A stretch of 64,000 nucleotides of DNA from an uncultured Pseudomonadales bacterium (GTDB lineage: Bacteria; Patescibacteriota; Microgenomatia; UBA1400; CAYNMC01), in NCBI GenBank assembly GCA_964414895.1, contig CAYPXO010000001.1, positions 26,999 to 90,998 of the forward strand, given 5' to 3'. Positions 9,292 through 18,285 of this stretch are shown one piece after another; the first letter of the stretch is position 1, and the number at the start of each line of letters is the position of its first letter. The position numbers were made by a program, and so were the translations under genes. The notes below the pieces were generated by a model. That model did no database searches. It was not told the origin of the DNA and was given only the letters and a program-made list of their open reading frames with translations.

Positions 9292-10082
9292 TGATAGGGT
9301 TTGTAGTTTTGATTGTAGGCATGGGAGTATTCGCCACTCTCAGAAAGGGAACGGCAAGTAACGAGGTTAGCCCAACGCTCCCCGATCCAAAAACGGAAAG
9401 AGTTCAAGAGCTGGAAGGCATCATGGCAGCCAATCCTAACAAGGATTCCCAAGAGTATCAGGCAGCCAGGCAGGAGTATTGTCTCCTAAAATCCAGACCA
9501 GCTACAGAAAGAGAGCAAGCAGTCGCCAATGTTAAGAAATTCCTGGGGATGCCAGATGTGCCTGTAGAATTTACCTGCGGAAGGGGCAATTCAGAGTATT
9601 ACACGGCAGCAGGGTTCAGCCTCAAGGTTGATCCTGAAACCAACTACATCATGGAAGTAGGCGAAGCAGAGCGCAGGTGGGGAACGAAAGAAGATGGCAC
9701 TCGCTGGTTTGACCCGATGCCAGAATACGATTACACAGTCCGCTACACCACGCCAGAGGCAATCAAACCAGTCGCTGAAGAATTCATGCGCAAGCACCAG
9801 GACATCCTGGGAGTGGACATCGACCAGATGACCTACGAATTTAGAGGCACGAAGCCTGGCAATTTCTTCCTTAAGTGGCATGACCAAGACTACCCGTCGG
9901 TGGAAGAACACGAAGAGTGCGGAGATGTTGACCCTGACGCAATGCCGATTGAAAACCGCTCGGGCGCTTACCAAAATGACCAAGGGGTTTGGTGCATTAA
10001 AAGCAAAGTAACCAGATACCCCTCGGTTTACATGACGATCACTCAGGGCGGGCAGGTAATCGTCTACAGTAAAGACAGCTGA
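9267..10082 (+). CDS. membrane-anchored hypothetical protein
   Basis: AAAGGAGGTGAG SD. N-terminal TM helix followed by a 240-aa predicted extracytoplasmic domain. Confidence 0.5.
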   Translation: MARHTKILMIGFVVLIVGMGVFATLRKGTASNEVSPTLPDPKTERVQELEGIMAANPNKDSQEYQAARQEYCLLKSRPATEREQAVANVKKFLGMPDVPVEFTCGRGNSEYYTAAGFSLKVDPETNYIMEVGEAERRWGTKEDGTRWFDPMPEYDYTVRYTTPEAIKPVAEEFMRKHQDILGVDIDQMTYEFRGTKPGNFFLKWHDQDYPSVEEHEECGDVDPDAMPIENRSGAYQNDQGVWCIKSKVTRYPSVYMTITQGGQVIVYSKDS

Positions 10083-10104
10083 GGATAAACCAGCCAGGCA
10101 AAGG

Positions 10105-10130
10105 TCTAGCCCCAGAAAAAGGGGGCTAGA
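10105..10130 (+). terminator. GC-rich stem-loop (TCTAGCCCC-AGAAAAAG-GGGGCTAGA) downstream of 9267..10082
   Basis: Perfect 9-bp inverted repeat. No strong U-tract. Confidence 0.35.
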
Positions 10131-10140
10131 TCAGTTCAAT

Positions 10141-10169
10141 TTGATAAATTTTTAATAAAAGCCTATAAT
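10141..10169 (+). promoter_or_regulatory. sigma70-like promoter TTGATA-17-TATAAT driving the moron cassette
   Basis: Near-consensus hexamers with 17-bp spacing, 23 nt upstream of the 10192 start. Confidence 0.55.
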
Positions 10170-10191
10170 TCAGGCAGAATCAGGAAAACGA

Positions 10192-11181
10192 ATGAAAAGA
10201 CTATTTGAAGGCAAAACGAAACTGATTACAATTCCCCTTATAGGGATTTTATCCCTTGCATTCCTCCCCATTGCCCTAGGGCTAGGACTGGGCTGGCTGG
10301 TTTATAAAAAGGTCGGCAGTCCGAAATTAAAATATTCCCTGCTGACAGTGATCGCCCTTTTTACCCTATTCACAGGCACTGCTTGGGTCTCAGCGATAAC
10401 CTCCCCCAGCAAGCCAGAATCAAAGCAAGAGCAAACTGCACAAGCCACCCCAACCCCTGAAGCCGAAACAGCAGCTGTAGAAATGACTCAAGAACCATCA
10501 CCCACTCAGGAATCGACATCAACCACAACGACCCCCGCAAATATGCAGACCGCTAAGGTGACCAGGGTCATCGACGGCGACACAATCGATGTCTCCTTTG
10601 ACGGAAAAACAGAAAGAATTAGGATTATAGGAATCGACACACCAGAGACAGTCGACCCCAGAAAACCAGTGGAATGCTTTGGGCAAGAAGCGTCAGCAGT
10701 TGCAAAAGAACAACTTACAGACGAAACAGTGCAGCTTGAATCCGATCCAACTCAAGGTGAAAGAGACAAATACAATCGGCTCTTGAGGTATGTGTGGATG
10801 GATGACGGCACTGTTGACTTCGGCAAACTGATGATCGCCACAGGTTACGCTCACGAATATACTTACAATCTCCCCTACAAATACCAAAAAGAATATAAAC
10901 AAGCCCAGAAGGACGCAGAAGAAGGCAAAAAAGGGCTGTGGGCTGATGATGCCTGTCCTCCACCCACTGAAAAACCCGCCACCGCACCAACCCAACCATC
11001 TTCAGGGGGAGGGTCGTGCAAATACTCCTGCACCAGTCCAGACAGGGACTGCGCCGATTTTTCAACCCATGCCGAAGCACAAGCGTTTTTTGAATGTTGC
11101 GGGTTTACCGCCACCAATGACCCGATGAGGCTAGACTCAGTCGGAATTGGAAACGGCATCGCCTGCGAATCATTACCATGA
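10192..11181 (+). CDS. membrane-anchored micrococcal (SNase-like) nuclease with C-terminal Excalibur Ca-binding domain
   Basis: Two N-terminal TM helices. SNase motifs (VIDGDTIDV; RIIGIDTPE; YNRLLRYVW). The C-terminal DRDCADF...GNGIACE fits the Excalibur pattern. Confidence 0.75.
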   Translation: MKRLFEGKTKLITIPLIGILSLAFLPIALGLGLGWLVYKKVGSPKLKYSLLTVIALFTLFTGTAWVSAITSPSKPESKQEQTAQATPTPEAETAAVEMTQEPSPTQESTSTTTTPANMQTAKVTRVIDGDTIDVSFDGKTERIRIIGIDTPETVDPRKPVECFGQEASAVAKEQLTDETVQLESDPTQGERDKYNRLLRYVWMDDGTVDFGKLMIATGYAHEYTYNLPYKYQKEYKQAQKDAEEGKKGLWADDACPPPTEKPATAPTQPSSGGGSCKYSCTSPDRDCADFSTHAEAQAFFECCGFTATNDPMRLDSVGIGNGIACESLP

Positions 11182-11522
11182 AGAAACTAGCCATAGCCAT
11201 TTTTATTGCCACAATCCTCTTGATACGGGGAGTCAGCCCAGCCCTTGCTAGACAAGGATGCTGTTCTCATCACAAAGGAGTTTGCGGTTGCCATTGTTGC
11301 GACGGCACGCCCCTCTCCGCAAAGTGCGCTCCTTACTACCCAAGCTGCAACAAGGCAAGCACCAGCACCTACAAAGCCCCTCAAAAAGAGGAAAAGAAGT
11401 GGTATCAAAGTGGGTGGACATATGTGATCGGCGGGCTTGGACTCTGGATGGGAGGCGCTTGGGTAAAAGAGAAAATTGACGAAAGAAGAAAAAGAAAAGA
11501 AGAAGAAAAAAACCATGAGTAA
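11178..11522 (+). CDS. Cys-rich type-I membrane protein (signal peptide, GCCSxHxGVCGC..CCDGT motif, TM helix, basic tail)
   Basis: Signal peptide ..ALA. Eight Cys within 35 aa. TM helix WTYVIGGLGLWMGGAWV followed by a KR-rich tail. Confidence 0.55.
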   Translation: MKKLAIAIFIATILLIRGVSPALARQGCCSHHKGVCGCHCCDGTPLSAKCAPYYPSCNKASTSTYKAPQKEEKKWYQSGWTYVIGGLGLWMGGAWVKEKIDERRKRKEEEKNHE

Positions 11523-11982
11523 AAACATTGTAAAACTAGCAACAATTCTGATATTTACCCCTCTGTTTTTATTTGCGTCAACTGCAAACATAGAAGCCAG
11601 AAGGGGATGTTGCTCTTGGCATGGTGGGGTTTGTGGCTGTGATACCGATGTTGGCAGGCAAGTTTGCTGCGACGGCACATACAGCCCCAGCTGCGGATGC
11701 GCTTATATTCCTAAGACCATGCCTACGCCAATGCCGACAAAAAAACCAACTCCCACCCCCACCAAGAAACCGACACCAGAGCCTACGAAAATAAGCACTC
11801 CAACCCCTCAACCAGCCGTTCAAACAACGACTAGCGACTCAGGCAGCTCAGACGACAGCACGATAGGCTGGCTAACACTGGCAGCGCTGGGCGGGGGCGG
11901 ATACTGGTTATACAAACGAGCTAAAAATAAAAAGAAGCCAGAGGAAACAAATAACTCTGAGCCAACAAACCAAAATGGATGA
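11515..11982 (+). CDS. paralogous Cys-rich type-I membrane protein with Pro/Thr-rich linker
   Basis: Same architecture and Cys spacing (RRGCCSWHGGVCGC...CCDGTYSPSCGC), then a PT-linker, a TM helix and a basic tail. Start trimmed to the ATG at 11515. Confidence 0.55.
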   Translation: MSKNIVKLATILIFTPLFLFASTANIEARRGCCSWHGGVCGCDTDVGRQVCCDGTYSPSCGCAYIPKTMPTPMPTKKPTPTPTKKPTPEPTKISTPTPQPAVQTTTSDSGSSDDSTIGWLTLAALGGGGYWLYKRAKNKKKPEETNNSEPTNQNG

Positions 11983-12223
11983 AGAAAACAACGGCTTCGG
12001 TGGCATCATCGGAGTAATAATTTTTATCGTTATAATTTACTTTGCCTTCAAGTGGATTGGTGGCTGGGGCAAATACGAAGGCATGAGTGCAGAGGAATGG
12101 GCAGACGAAGCATATTACTGGGAAGACAGATACAATGAGTTTAGGGGGTGCGTGGAAGATTTCGACAGCATGGACATACGAGATCAGATCGACTACGGCG
12201 GGGTTTTTTATTACTGCGAATAA
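11975..12223 (+). CDS. small membrane protein
   Basis: One TM helix; last gene of the cassette. Confidence 0.4.
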   Translation: MDEENNGFGGIIGVIIFIVIIYFAFKWIGGWGKYEGMSAEEWADEAYYWEDRYNEFRGCVEDFDSMDIRDQIDYGGVFYYCE

Positions 12224-12228
12224 AGCAC

Positions 12229-12258
12229 TTGCATTTTTATTTTCAACTTTGTTAGAAT
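12229..12258 (+). promoter_or_regulatory. sigma70-like promoter (TTGCAT-18-TAGAAT) upstream of the portal gene
   Basis: Hexamers with 18-bp spacing; followed by the conserved 22-mer box and a hairpin. Confidence 0.5.
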
Positions 12259-12277
12259 GAATACAGTAAAGTAAACC

Positions 12278-12346
12278 GCCTAACGAATTGATCGGGGCTT
12301 GGGTTTCTCTATTCACAAGAGTAGGAAAACCTAAGCCCCGTTTTTA
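12278..12346 (+). terminator. conserved 22-mer GCCTAACGAATTGATCGGGGCT followed by hairpin GGGGCTTGGGTTT...AAACCTAAGCCCC and a U-tract; terminator/attenuator directly downstream of the promoter
   Basis: 13-bp stem with one G-U pair, then GTTTTTATTT. A second copy of the same architecture lies at 14296-14372. Confidence 0.5.
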
Positions 12347-12361
12347 TTTGAGGAAAAACTT

Positions 12362-14233
12362 ATGCCAAAAGTCAAAGAAGAAAAAATCACTCAAACAGCC
12401 CGCTATGATCCGCCAGAAGCCGATGAGAAATTGATCGAGAAGTGGAAAAAAAGATTTAAGCGAGCAAAAGACTTCCGTGATCCATACCAGGCGAAGTGGC
12501 TGAGACTTTATCAGCTATACCGAGCCTATCAAAATAAGAAAAACTACGCTTACAATACCCGCCTGATGCCCCCGATTGCCTTTGAAATTGTCAAAACAGT
12601 CGTCTCAAGACTGGCAACAGCAAAGCGCCAGACCAGAATTATACCCAGAGAGAAAGCCGACCTTAAATCCCCAGCCCTTGATTCCTGGGACAACCTGGTG
12701 AATTATGACTTTGACATTATAGAACTGGCAAAGAAGCTCCCCAACTGGATCGAAGCCTCCACCCTCTACGGCAACGGCATCATCAAATTGGCGTGGAAGG
12801 TGCTGACCACCACCGACGATGATGGCAAAGCAACTACCATCTATGACGACCCCAACATGAGCCTGAGCGACCTGTGGGACATCCTCCCCGCCCCTGAAAC
12901 CACCGACTTACAAGAAGACTGCCCTTGGCTCATCCACCGCATCGTCAAACCCAAAGCCAGGATTGTAAAAGAGGAAAAAGCCAGAGGTGAAGGCAAGATT
13001 TATAAGAACCTGGAATTTGTAGAGGACAAGAAAGTCGAGGATTGGAAAAAAGAGCGCTACGAAATCAATGCCAAAAAGATGTCTCAGATGGGCGGAGGGG
13101 AAAAGGAAAATGAGAGCGGAGAGAGTAAAATCCTGCCCGAAAAAAGCGAAGGCGAAAAGCAGGTAGAGATTTGGGAATGCTGGGACTGGGAGGAAGACAA
13201 ACTGGTTGTAATTATGAACCAGGAAGTCCTCACCAGAGATGATGAGAACCCTTACCTGGCAATCAATGGCGGGCGGATTTATGTTGACTTGCCAGACATG
13301 CCACTCCTCTGGGAATTCTGGGCAACAGGACACATCGAGCCAGTCGAAACCACCATCCTGGAGATTGCCGACCTCAGAAACCAGAGAATGGACGACATCA
13401 TTTTAATGCTCGACCCTGTGGTTAAAATCAGAAAAGACTCAGGCATTACTAAAAACGACATTGTCTTTGCACCAGGCGCAGTCTGGGAGCTGAGAAAAAT
13501 GACCGATGCTGTGATTGAAAGACCACCTGAAATAAGCCTCATGGGAGTAAACGAAGACAAGCTAATGCGAGACGAAATCAGCCGAACCCTGGCGCTTGGC
13601 GAGTATATGCAGGGCATGCCCCAGTCCAGCCAAGAGCCTCTGGGTAAAGTAGCAATGCTTCTAGGACAGAGCAACCTGCGCCTAAGCATGAACGCCAGCA
13701 ACATTGCAGTAGCCCTGACCCAGGTGGCAAACATTCTAATCGAAATGAACCGAGAATTTATCGATAAAGACAAACTCTATCGAGTCGTCGGCGAGGAGGT
13801 CGAATTCAAGGAATTTAAGAAAGAAGATAAAAAGGTCAAAGTCGACGCCATCGTTAAAGTTGACCCAGTAATTCCCCCAGACCAGACAGCCAGAATCAAC
13901 CAGATTTTGATGCTTTACGACAAGCTGATCGCCCAGGACAAACCCGATCCCAAAGACCCAGAGGACATCAAACGCTGGCTCAAGAGAAAAAGAACCCTGC
14001 AGAAGATGCTCCTGGAAGAGCTAGACCTTGATCAGTATATCGAGCTTTTGTTAGGGAAAGATGAAGAAGAAGGCAAAGAGACGACAGAAACACCCGCCGT
14101 TGCCCCTGTGTCACCCGCTAAAGAGGCTTTGCCAGCGCAGTCGGCTGGGTATAATGCCCCCGCAAACCAAGCAGGCGCAGGAATCAGAAGGGTGCTGCAG
14201 CAAATTCCTTTGCTCGGTAGAATGGTGGGATAA
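12362..14233 (+). CDS. portal protein
   Basis: 623-aa protein in the canonical position after terminase and before the head module. Acidic C-terminal tail. The assignment rests on size and position rather than on a diagnostic motif. Confidence 0.6.
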   Translation: MPKVKEEKITQTARYDPPEADEKLIEKWKKRFKRAKDFRDPYQAKWLRLYQLYRAYQNKKNYAYNTRLMPPIAFEIVKTVVSRLATAKRQTRIIPREKADLKSPALDSWDNLVNYDFDIIELAKKLPNWIEASTLYGNGIIKLAWKVLTTTDDDGKATTIYDDPNMSLSDLWDILPAPETTDLQEDCPWLIHRIVKPKARIVKEEKARGEGKIYKNLEFVEDKKVEDWKKERYEINAKKMSQMGGGEKENESGESKILPEKSEGEKQVEIWECWDWEEDKLVVIMNQEVLTRDDENPYLAINGGRIYVDLPDMPLLWEFWATGHIEPVETTILEIADLRNQRMDDIILMLDPVVKIRKDSGITKNDIVFAPGAVWELRKMTDAVIERPPEISLMGVNEDKLMRDEISRTLALGEYMQGMPQSSQEPLGKVAMLLGQSNLRLSMNASNIAVALTQVANILIEMNREFIDKDKLYRVVGEEVEFKEFKKEDKKVKVDAIVKVDPVIPPDQTARINQILMLYDKLIAQDKPDPKDPEDIKRWLKRKRTLQKMLLEELDLDQYIELLLGKDEEEGKETTETPAVAPVSPAKEALPAQSAGYNAPANQAGAGIRRVLQQIPLLGRMVG

Positions 14234-14241
14234 AGGACGAC

Positions 14242-14271
14242 TTGACAAAGGTTAGAAGACTTTATTACAAT
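14242..14271 (+). promoter_or_regulatory. sigma70-like promoter (TTGACA-18-TACAAT) upstream of the head module
   Basis: Consensus -35 hexamer and a good -10 hexamer. Confidence 0.5.
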
Positions 14272-14295
14272 GAAAACAGTTAAATAGAAGACAAA

Positions 14296-14372
14296 GCCTA
14301 ACGAATTGATCGGGGCTAAGACTTCTAGACATACGCATTGAGCGTGTGCTTAGGAGTTTTAGCCCCTTTTTT
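14296..14372 (+). terminator. second copy of the conserved 22-mer GCCTAACGAATTGATCGGGGCT with hairpin (GGGGCTAAGAC...GTTTTAGCCCC) and T6 tract
   Basis: The 22-mer is identical to 12278-12299. GC stem followed by TTTTTT, then a CAGGAGGTGA SD. Confidence 0.5.
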
Positions 14373-14394
14373 GTTGGTCAGGAGGTGAAAAAAT

Positions 14395-14829
14395 ATGCCT
14401 AAACAACTAGAACAAAACTTCGCAAAAGCAAACACAATCCCCATTCAATTAGTCGCTGATCCAGGAGACATCAACGGAGCAGCAATCGACACTTACGACT
14501 CAGGTGGACATCCCCAATTTGATACCGCTCTAGCAATGATTGAGATCGGTTTAATCACAGGAACACCGACAAAGGTGGAAATTTCAGTTGAGGAAGACGA
14601 CGACGCAGCATTCGGCGGGGCAACCATAGCGGAAGGCGGGGCAATCGTGGAAGTGACAGCCCAGCACAGCTATTTAATGCAGATTAAAAGGAAAAAGAGA
14701 TACCTGAGAGTGGTTGTAGACACGACAGCAGGAACGACACCGACAGTTCAGGCTTTTGCAGCATTTATTTTGTTCAACGCCCAGAAGCCGTTCCCATGCT
14801 TGACGGCAGCTGATGTTGACAACAGCTAA
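14395..14829 (+). CDS. head-module hypothetical protein
   Basis: 144-aa acidic ORF with a strong SD. Confidence 0.5.
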   Translation: MPKQLEQNFAKANTIPIQLVADPGDINGAAIDTYDSGGHPQFDTALAMIEIGLITGTPTKVEISVEEDDDAAFGGATIAEGGAIVEVTAQHSYLMQIKRKKRYLRVVVDTTAGTTPTVQAFAAFILFNAQKPFPCLTAADVDNS

Positions 14830-15178
14830 AAAAACTATGCCAAACGAAGCGAATCAAACACCAGCAGGTGCTGCACCTCCAGCAGAGGGAGCAGCCCCAG
14901 CAGCGAGCTTAAAACAAGCTCCCGCCGAAAATAAGCAGGCAATTTGGGCGAAGGTTGAAGCTGTGTATAACGCAGCGAAAAAGGCATATTTATCAGGAGG
15001 ATCGACCTTAGCCGATGTCCTGGACAGCCTTACGGCAACACTAATGGACATTCACGCAGCCGAAACCCAAGCAATGGGGGGATTAGGAGCAGGACAGCCA
15101 GAGATGGAATTACCAGCGCCTCCGCCTCCAACACCCGCAGCACCAGCTGCAGGGGAGGAAAAAGCGCCAGTAGCTTAA
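14813..15178 (+). CDS. Ala/Pro-rich hypothetical protein
   Basis: 121-aa low-complexity ORF (PAPAA...). Confidence 0.4.
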   Translation: MLTTAKKTMPNEANQTPAGAAPPAEGAAPAASLKQAPAENKQAIWAKVEAVYNAAKKAYLSGGSTLADVLDSLTATLMDIHAAETQAMGGLGAGQPEMELPAPPPPTPAAPAAGEEKAPVA

Positions 15179-15182
15179 AACT

Positions 15183-15437
15183 ATGACAACCGACATCGAT
15201 GAGAAGCTAGACAAAGGCAATAAAGTTTGGGAGATGACCCAGACTGAAGGCTGGCAGATCATTAAAAGTCAAGTTGAAGACGAAGCACGGATCGAAACCG
15301 ATGAGCTTCTTGACTGTCCAGAGGACGAGGTCAAAGAACATCGTGGGGCAATCAAGGCTTATAGGAAAGTCCTAAGCATGGTTGAGACTGCCGAGAAAGA
15401 AAAACAAGAGGCAGCCAAAGCCGTCCGAAAGGAATAG
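15183..15437 (+). CDS. hypothetical protein
   Basis: 84-aa acidic ORF. Confidence 0.4.
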   Translation: MTTDIDEKLDKGNKVWEMTQTEGWQIIKSQVEDEARIETDELLDCPEDEVKEHRGAIKAYRKVLSMVETAEKEKQEAAKAVRKE

Positions 15438-15439
15438 AC

Positions 15440-15766
15440 ATGACAGACGAAAAAGAAAATAAAAAACCAGAAGAAGGCAAGGAAAACACAGAAGGCAATG
15501 TGGTGCTTGCCAAGTTTAAAAAAGATCAGAAAAAAGAAAATCGTCACAAGCGGTGGCGGGTAGTCGAAGATTCCGTCTCCGCAGCCAGAAAAGCCTATAC
15601 AGGAGGCTACGGAGAACCTGACAAAGACGCAAAACTTGTTAGTTTTGAAACCGCCGTCAAGGACTTAGTCGAAGTCCTAGAAAAAGTCCTTGCTGGTGAA
15701 GTCAAATTAGGAGGTCTAGGCGAAGACCAGGGAGGCATTGACCTTCCTGCCGAAGCCAGCGAATAA
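15440..15766 (+). CDS. hypothetical protein
   Basis: 108-aa ORF. Confidence 0.4.
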   Translation: MTDEKENKKPEEGKENTEGNVVLAKFKKDQKKENRHKRWRVVEDSVSAARKAYTGGYGEPDKDAKLVSFETAVKDLVEVLEKVLAGEVKLGGLGEDQGGIDLPAEASE

Positions 15767-15771
15767 AAACT

Positions 15772-15987
15772 ATGCCATTCGGAATCAAAGGTAAAACCAA
15801 AAAATGGGAGGAAAAGACCAAGACAGGGCAAAAAGTAGATGCCAGGATCGAAAAGTGTGTCAAAGGTCGCATGGCTGACCCAGACTTTAAGCCCCAAAAG
15901 GGCAGGACAAAAAAAGAATCAGCCATAGCAGTATGCAAATCAGCAATTACTAGGTCAAAAGAATTTAGCAAGCAATTATCAAAGTGA
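15772..15987 (+). CDS. hypothetical basic protein
   Basis: 71-aa Lys-rich ORF. Confidence 0.4.
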   Translation: MPFGIKGKTKKWEEKTKTGQKVDARIEKCVKGRMADPDFKPQKGRTKKESAIAVCKSAITRSKEFSKQLSK

Positions 15988-15988
15988 G

Positions 15989-16882
15989 GTGATGACTATG
16001 CCAGACGAACCAAACAAAGAACAAGCCGAACTCGAAAAGCTATTAAACGAACCGCCTGAAGACGAGGAGGAAGGTAAAGACGAGCCAGGGAAGGGCGAGG
16101 AAGGCAAGGATAAAGGTGGAGAAGGTGGCGAAGGCACGGAGGGCGAAGAAGGCGGAGAAGAAGGCTCAGAGCCAGGAGTGACTAAAATCAAGCCTGAAGG
16201 TTCTGAGGAGGGTGAAGAAGGGGAAGAAGGCAAGGATAAAGGTAAAAAAAGCGGGGGCGAGGAGGACGAATTTAAAGGCAAAAGTCGTGAAGAAGTCATC
16301 GAAATGCTAAAAGAGCAGCGAAAGAAAGCTGCCAAGCCCGACGAAAAAAGTAAAGGCAAAGAGGGCGAAGAAGGTGCTGAGGAAGGTGAGGAGGGCAAAG
16401 AACCGACAGTCCCGACAGCAGAAGAACTGCAAAAAATGACACCCTCAGATTTTGCAAAGTGGGTCTTAGCACGCATTGACGAAGGGGTAAAAAGGACTAT
16501 CGAAAGCCAGGATAAAGTCAGAGGCGCTGTCAAAAAAGAGATCGCAGATGCCAAAAAAGAGCATAACTTAGGCGATCCCGACTACAGAAAAATGGTCTTA
16601 GCAATTATCGAGGCATCCAGCGCTAAAGGCACTGTAATGCCACTTAAAGACGCTTGCAAGCAGGTAGACGCCTTCTTAGGCAAGCACAAAGGAAAAACTA
16701 AAGGTGAATCTGAAGAATTATCAGATGAGGAAAAGAGCCGACTCAAAAAAGCAAAGGCTCAAGTAGAGAGCGGAGCGGGCGCTCCGACTAAACCCGAAGG
16801 CTCGGATGCCGAGACAAAACGCATCCAGAAAGCTCTCGGAGGTAGCGGTCAAACAAGCCCTCTAGGAGGGTTAGGAATATAA
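15989..16882 (+). CDS. putative scaffolding protein (highly acidic, EEGEEGKDKG repeats)
   Basis: Extremely acidic, repetitive, helical protein immediately upstream of the major capsid gene. Confidence 0.5.
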   Translation: MMTMPDEPNKEQAELEKLLNEPPEDEEEGKDEPGKGEEGKDKGGEGGEGTEGEEGGEEGSEPGVTKIKPEGSEEGEEGEEGKDKGKKSGGEEDEFKGKSREEVIEMLKEQRKKAAKPDEKSKGKEGEEGAEEGEEGKEPTVPTAEELQKMTPSDFAKWVLARIDEGVKRTIESQDKVRGAVKKEIADAKKEHNLGDPDYRKMVLAIIEASSAKGTVMPLKDACKQVDAFLGKHKGKTKGESEELSDEEKSRLKKAKAQVESGAGAPTKPEGSDAETKRIQKALGGSGQTSPLGGLGI

Positions 16883-16930
16883 ATAACCCCCTCCTAAATC
16901 ATTAAACAGAAAGGGGGTGAATAAAAAAAT

Positions 16931-18115
16931 ATGCCATCAGCAACAGGAATCAGAGGAACAGCAACACCAGACGACGCATCAGTGGTCATGCCGACCAGGA
17001 AATATGATGTAGCCGATGTTATTTCGCTATTGGATGTCAACCGATATCCGCTTTTAGCGATCTTAACTAACGCAGGAAAAGACCCAGTGACTAAGCAAGG
17101 AAAAGCCATGAAAAAGGTCGAGACTCTCGACCCGCAATTTAAGTGGTTTGAGGACGAATTCGGAAAAAGACAATTGACAGGCTCAGGCACAGTCGACCCA
17201 GACGGAGGCAACTTAACCGTCACAGCGCAAACGCAATACTTGCAGGTAGGAGATGTGGTTTTGGTAGCACTACAGAAATGGGTATTCGAAGTGACCGCAA
17301 TTACCGACGCCAATGTGGTTGTCGTAGGGGCAGAGCTAGGAGGGGCAACGGGAGCAGCAGCATCAGCAGTAGGCGATGTTTGGTTGATCGGGAATGTGAA
17401 CGAGGAAGGTGCGGGCTTGCGAGCCATCAAATCGACCCTTGCAGCCGAGGTTTACAACTACTGTCAAATTTTCAGAACGCCAATCGGTATTACGGAGACA
17501 GCCAAAAATACCAAGATGTGGACTAAGGAAAATGACTTTGACTACCAGAGACGCAAGAAAGGGATCGAACACATGGTTGACATTGAAAGAGCATTCTTAT
17601 TCGGAAAGAGAGGAATTGTCACCACAGGAACGCATCCCAAGAGATTTTCAGCAGGAATTTTGAGCAGAATCAGCACTTACGCTACTGCCAGTGTGGACAC
17701 GGAATCAGAGTTTGAGACATGGCTAGAAAGCTTATTCGCACACGGAAATGTGGAGAAATACCTCTTTGCAGCAGCCTCGGTGATCTCGATGATCAACCAG
17801 TGGGCAAAAGGGAAACTCCAAGTAATGAGCAAAGACAAGACCTACGGACTCGCCATCGTCACTTACGAATCGCCACACGGAACGCTGCACATGATCAAGC
17901 ATCCGCTATTGACTGGAACGACCTATGGAAACTACGCAGTAGGATTAGACATGGAGACGCTGACATACCGCTACCTCAGCAACCGAGACACTAAACTCTT
18001 GACCAACCGACAAGCACGAGGGGAAGACAGCCAAGTAGACGAATACTTGAGCGAAGTTGGATTGCAAATGGAGCAGGAAAAAAGACACGCCATCATGAGC
18101 ATGGGTGCGCTCTAA
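16931..18115 (+). CDS. major capsid protein
   Basis: 394-aa protein following the scaffold, with a strong terminator-like structure downstream. Size and position are typical of an HK97-fold capsid protein; no motif check was possible. Confidence 0.6.
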   Translation: MPSATGIRGTATPDDASVVMPTRKYDVADVISLLDVNRYPLLAILTNAGKDPVTKQGKAMKKVETLDPQFKWFEDEFGKRQLTGSGTVDPDGGNLTVTAQTQYLQVGDVVLVALQKWVFEVTAITDANVVVVGAELGGATGAAASAVGDVWLIGNVNEEGAGLRAIKSTLAAEVYNYCQIFRTPIGITETAKNTKMWTKENDFDYQRRKKGIEHMVDIERAFLFGKRGIVTTGTHPKRFSAGILSRISTYATASVDTESEFETWLESLFAHGNVEKYLFAAASVISMINQWAKGKLQVMSKDKTYGLAIVTYESPHGTLHMIKHPLLTGTTYGNYAVGLDMETLTYRYLSNRDTKLLTNRQARGEDSQVDEYLSEVGLQMEQEKRHAIMSMGAL

Positions 18116-18285
18116 AGTTAACAACTGAAAGGATTGATATGCCTAAACGGATTGAAGCTAGGAAGTCACTACACACTTTCTTACTCAGTGTAGTCGCCTG
18201 AGCAGGGGTGAGCGTAATCATCCCTGCAAACTAAAAATCAAATGATTTTATTTAAAAAAACTAAAACGAAAAGAGGTGACAAACG

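Noticed and set aside
11187-11678. 163-aa minus-strand ORF
   Set aside because: Antisense shadow of the two Cys-rich genes; the plus-strand genes have signal peptides and good starts.
15979-16554. 191-aa Ser/Pro-rich ORF on the minus strand
   Set aside because: Antisense to the highly acidic scaffold gene; the low-complexity reverse-complement reading frame is a shadow ORF with no SD.
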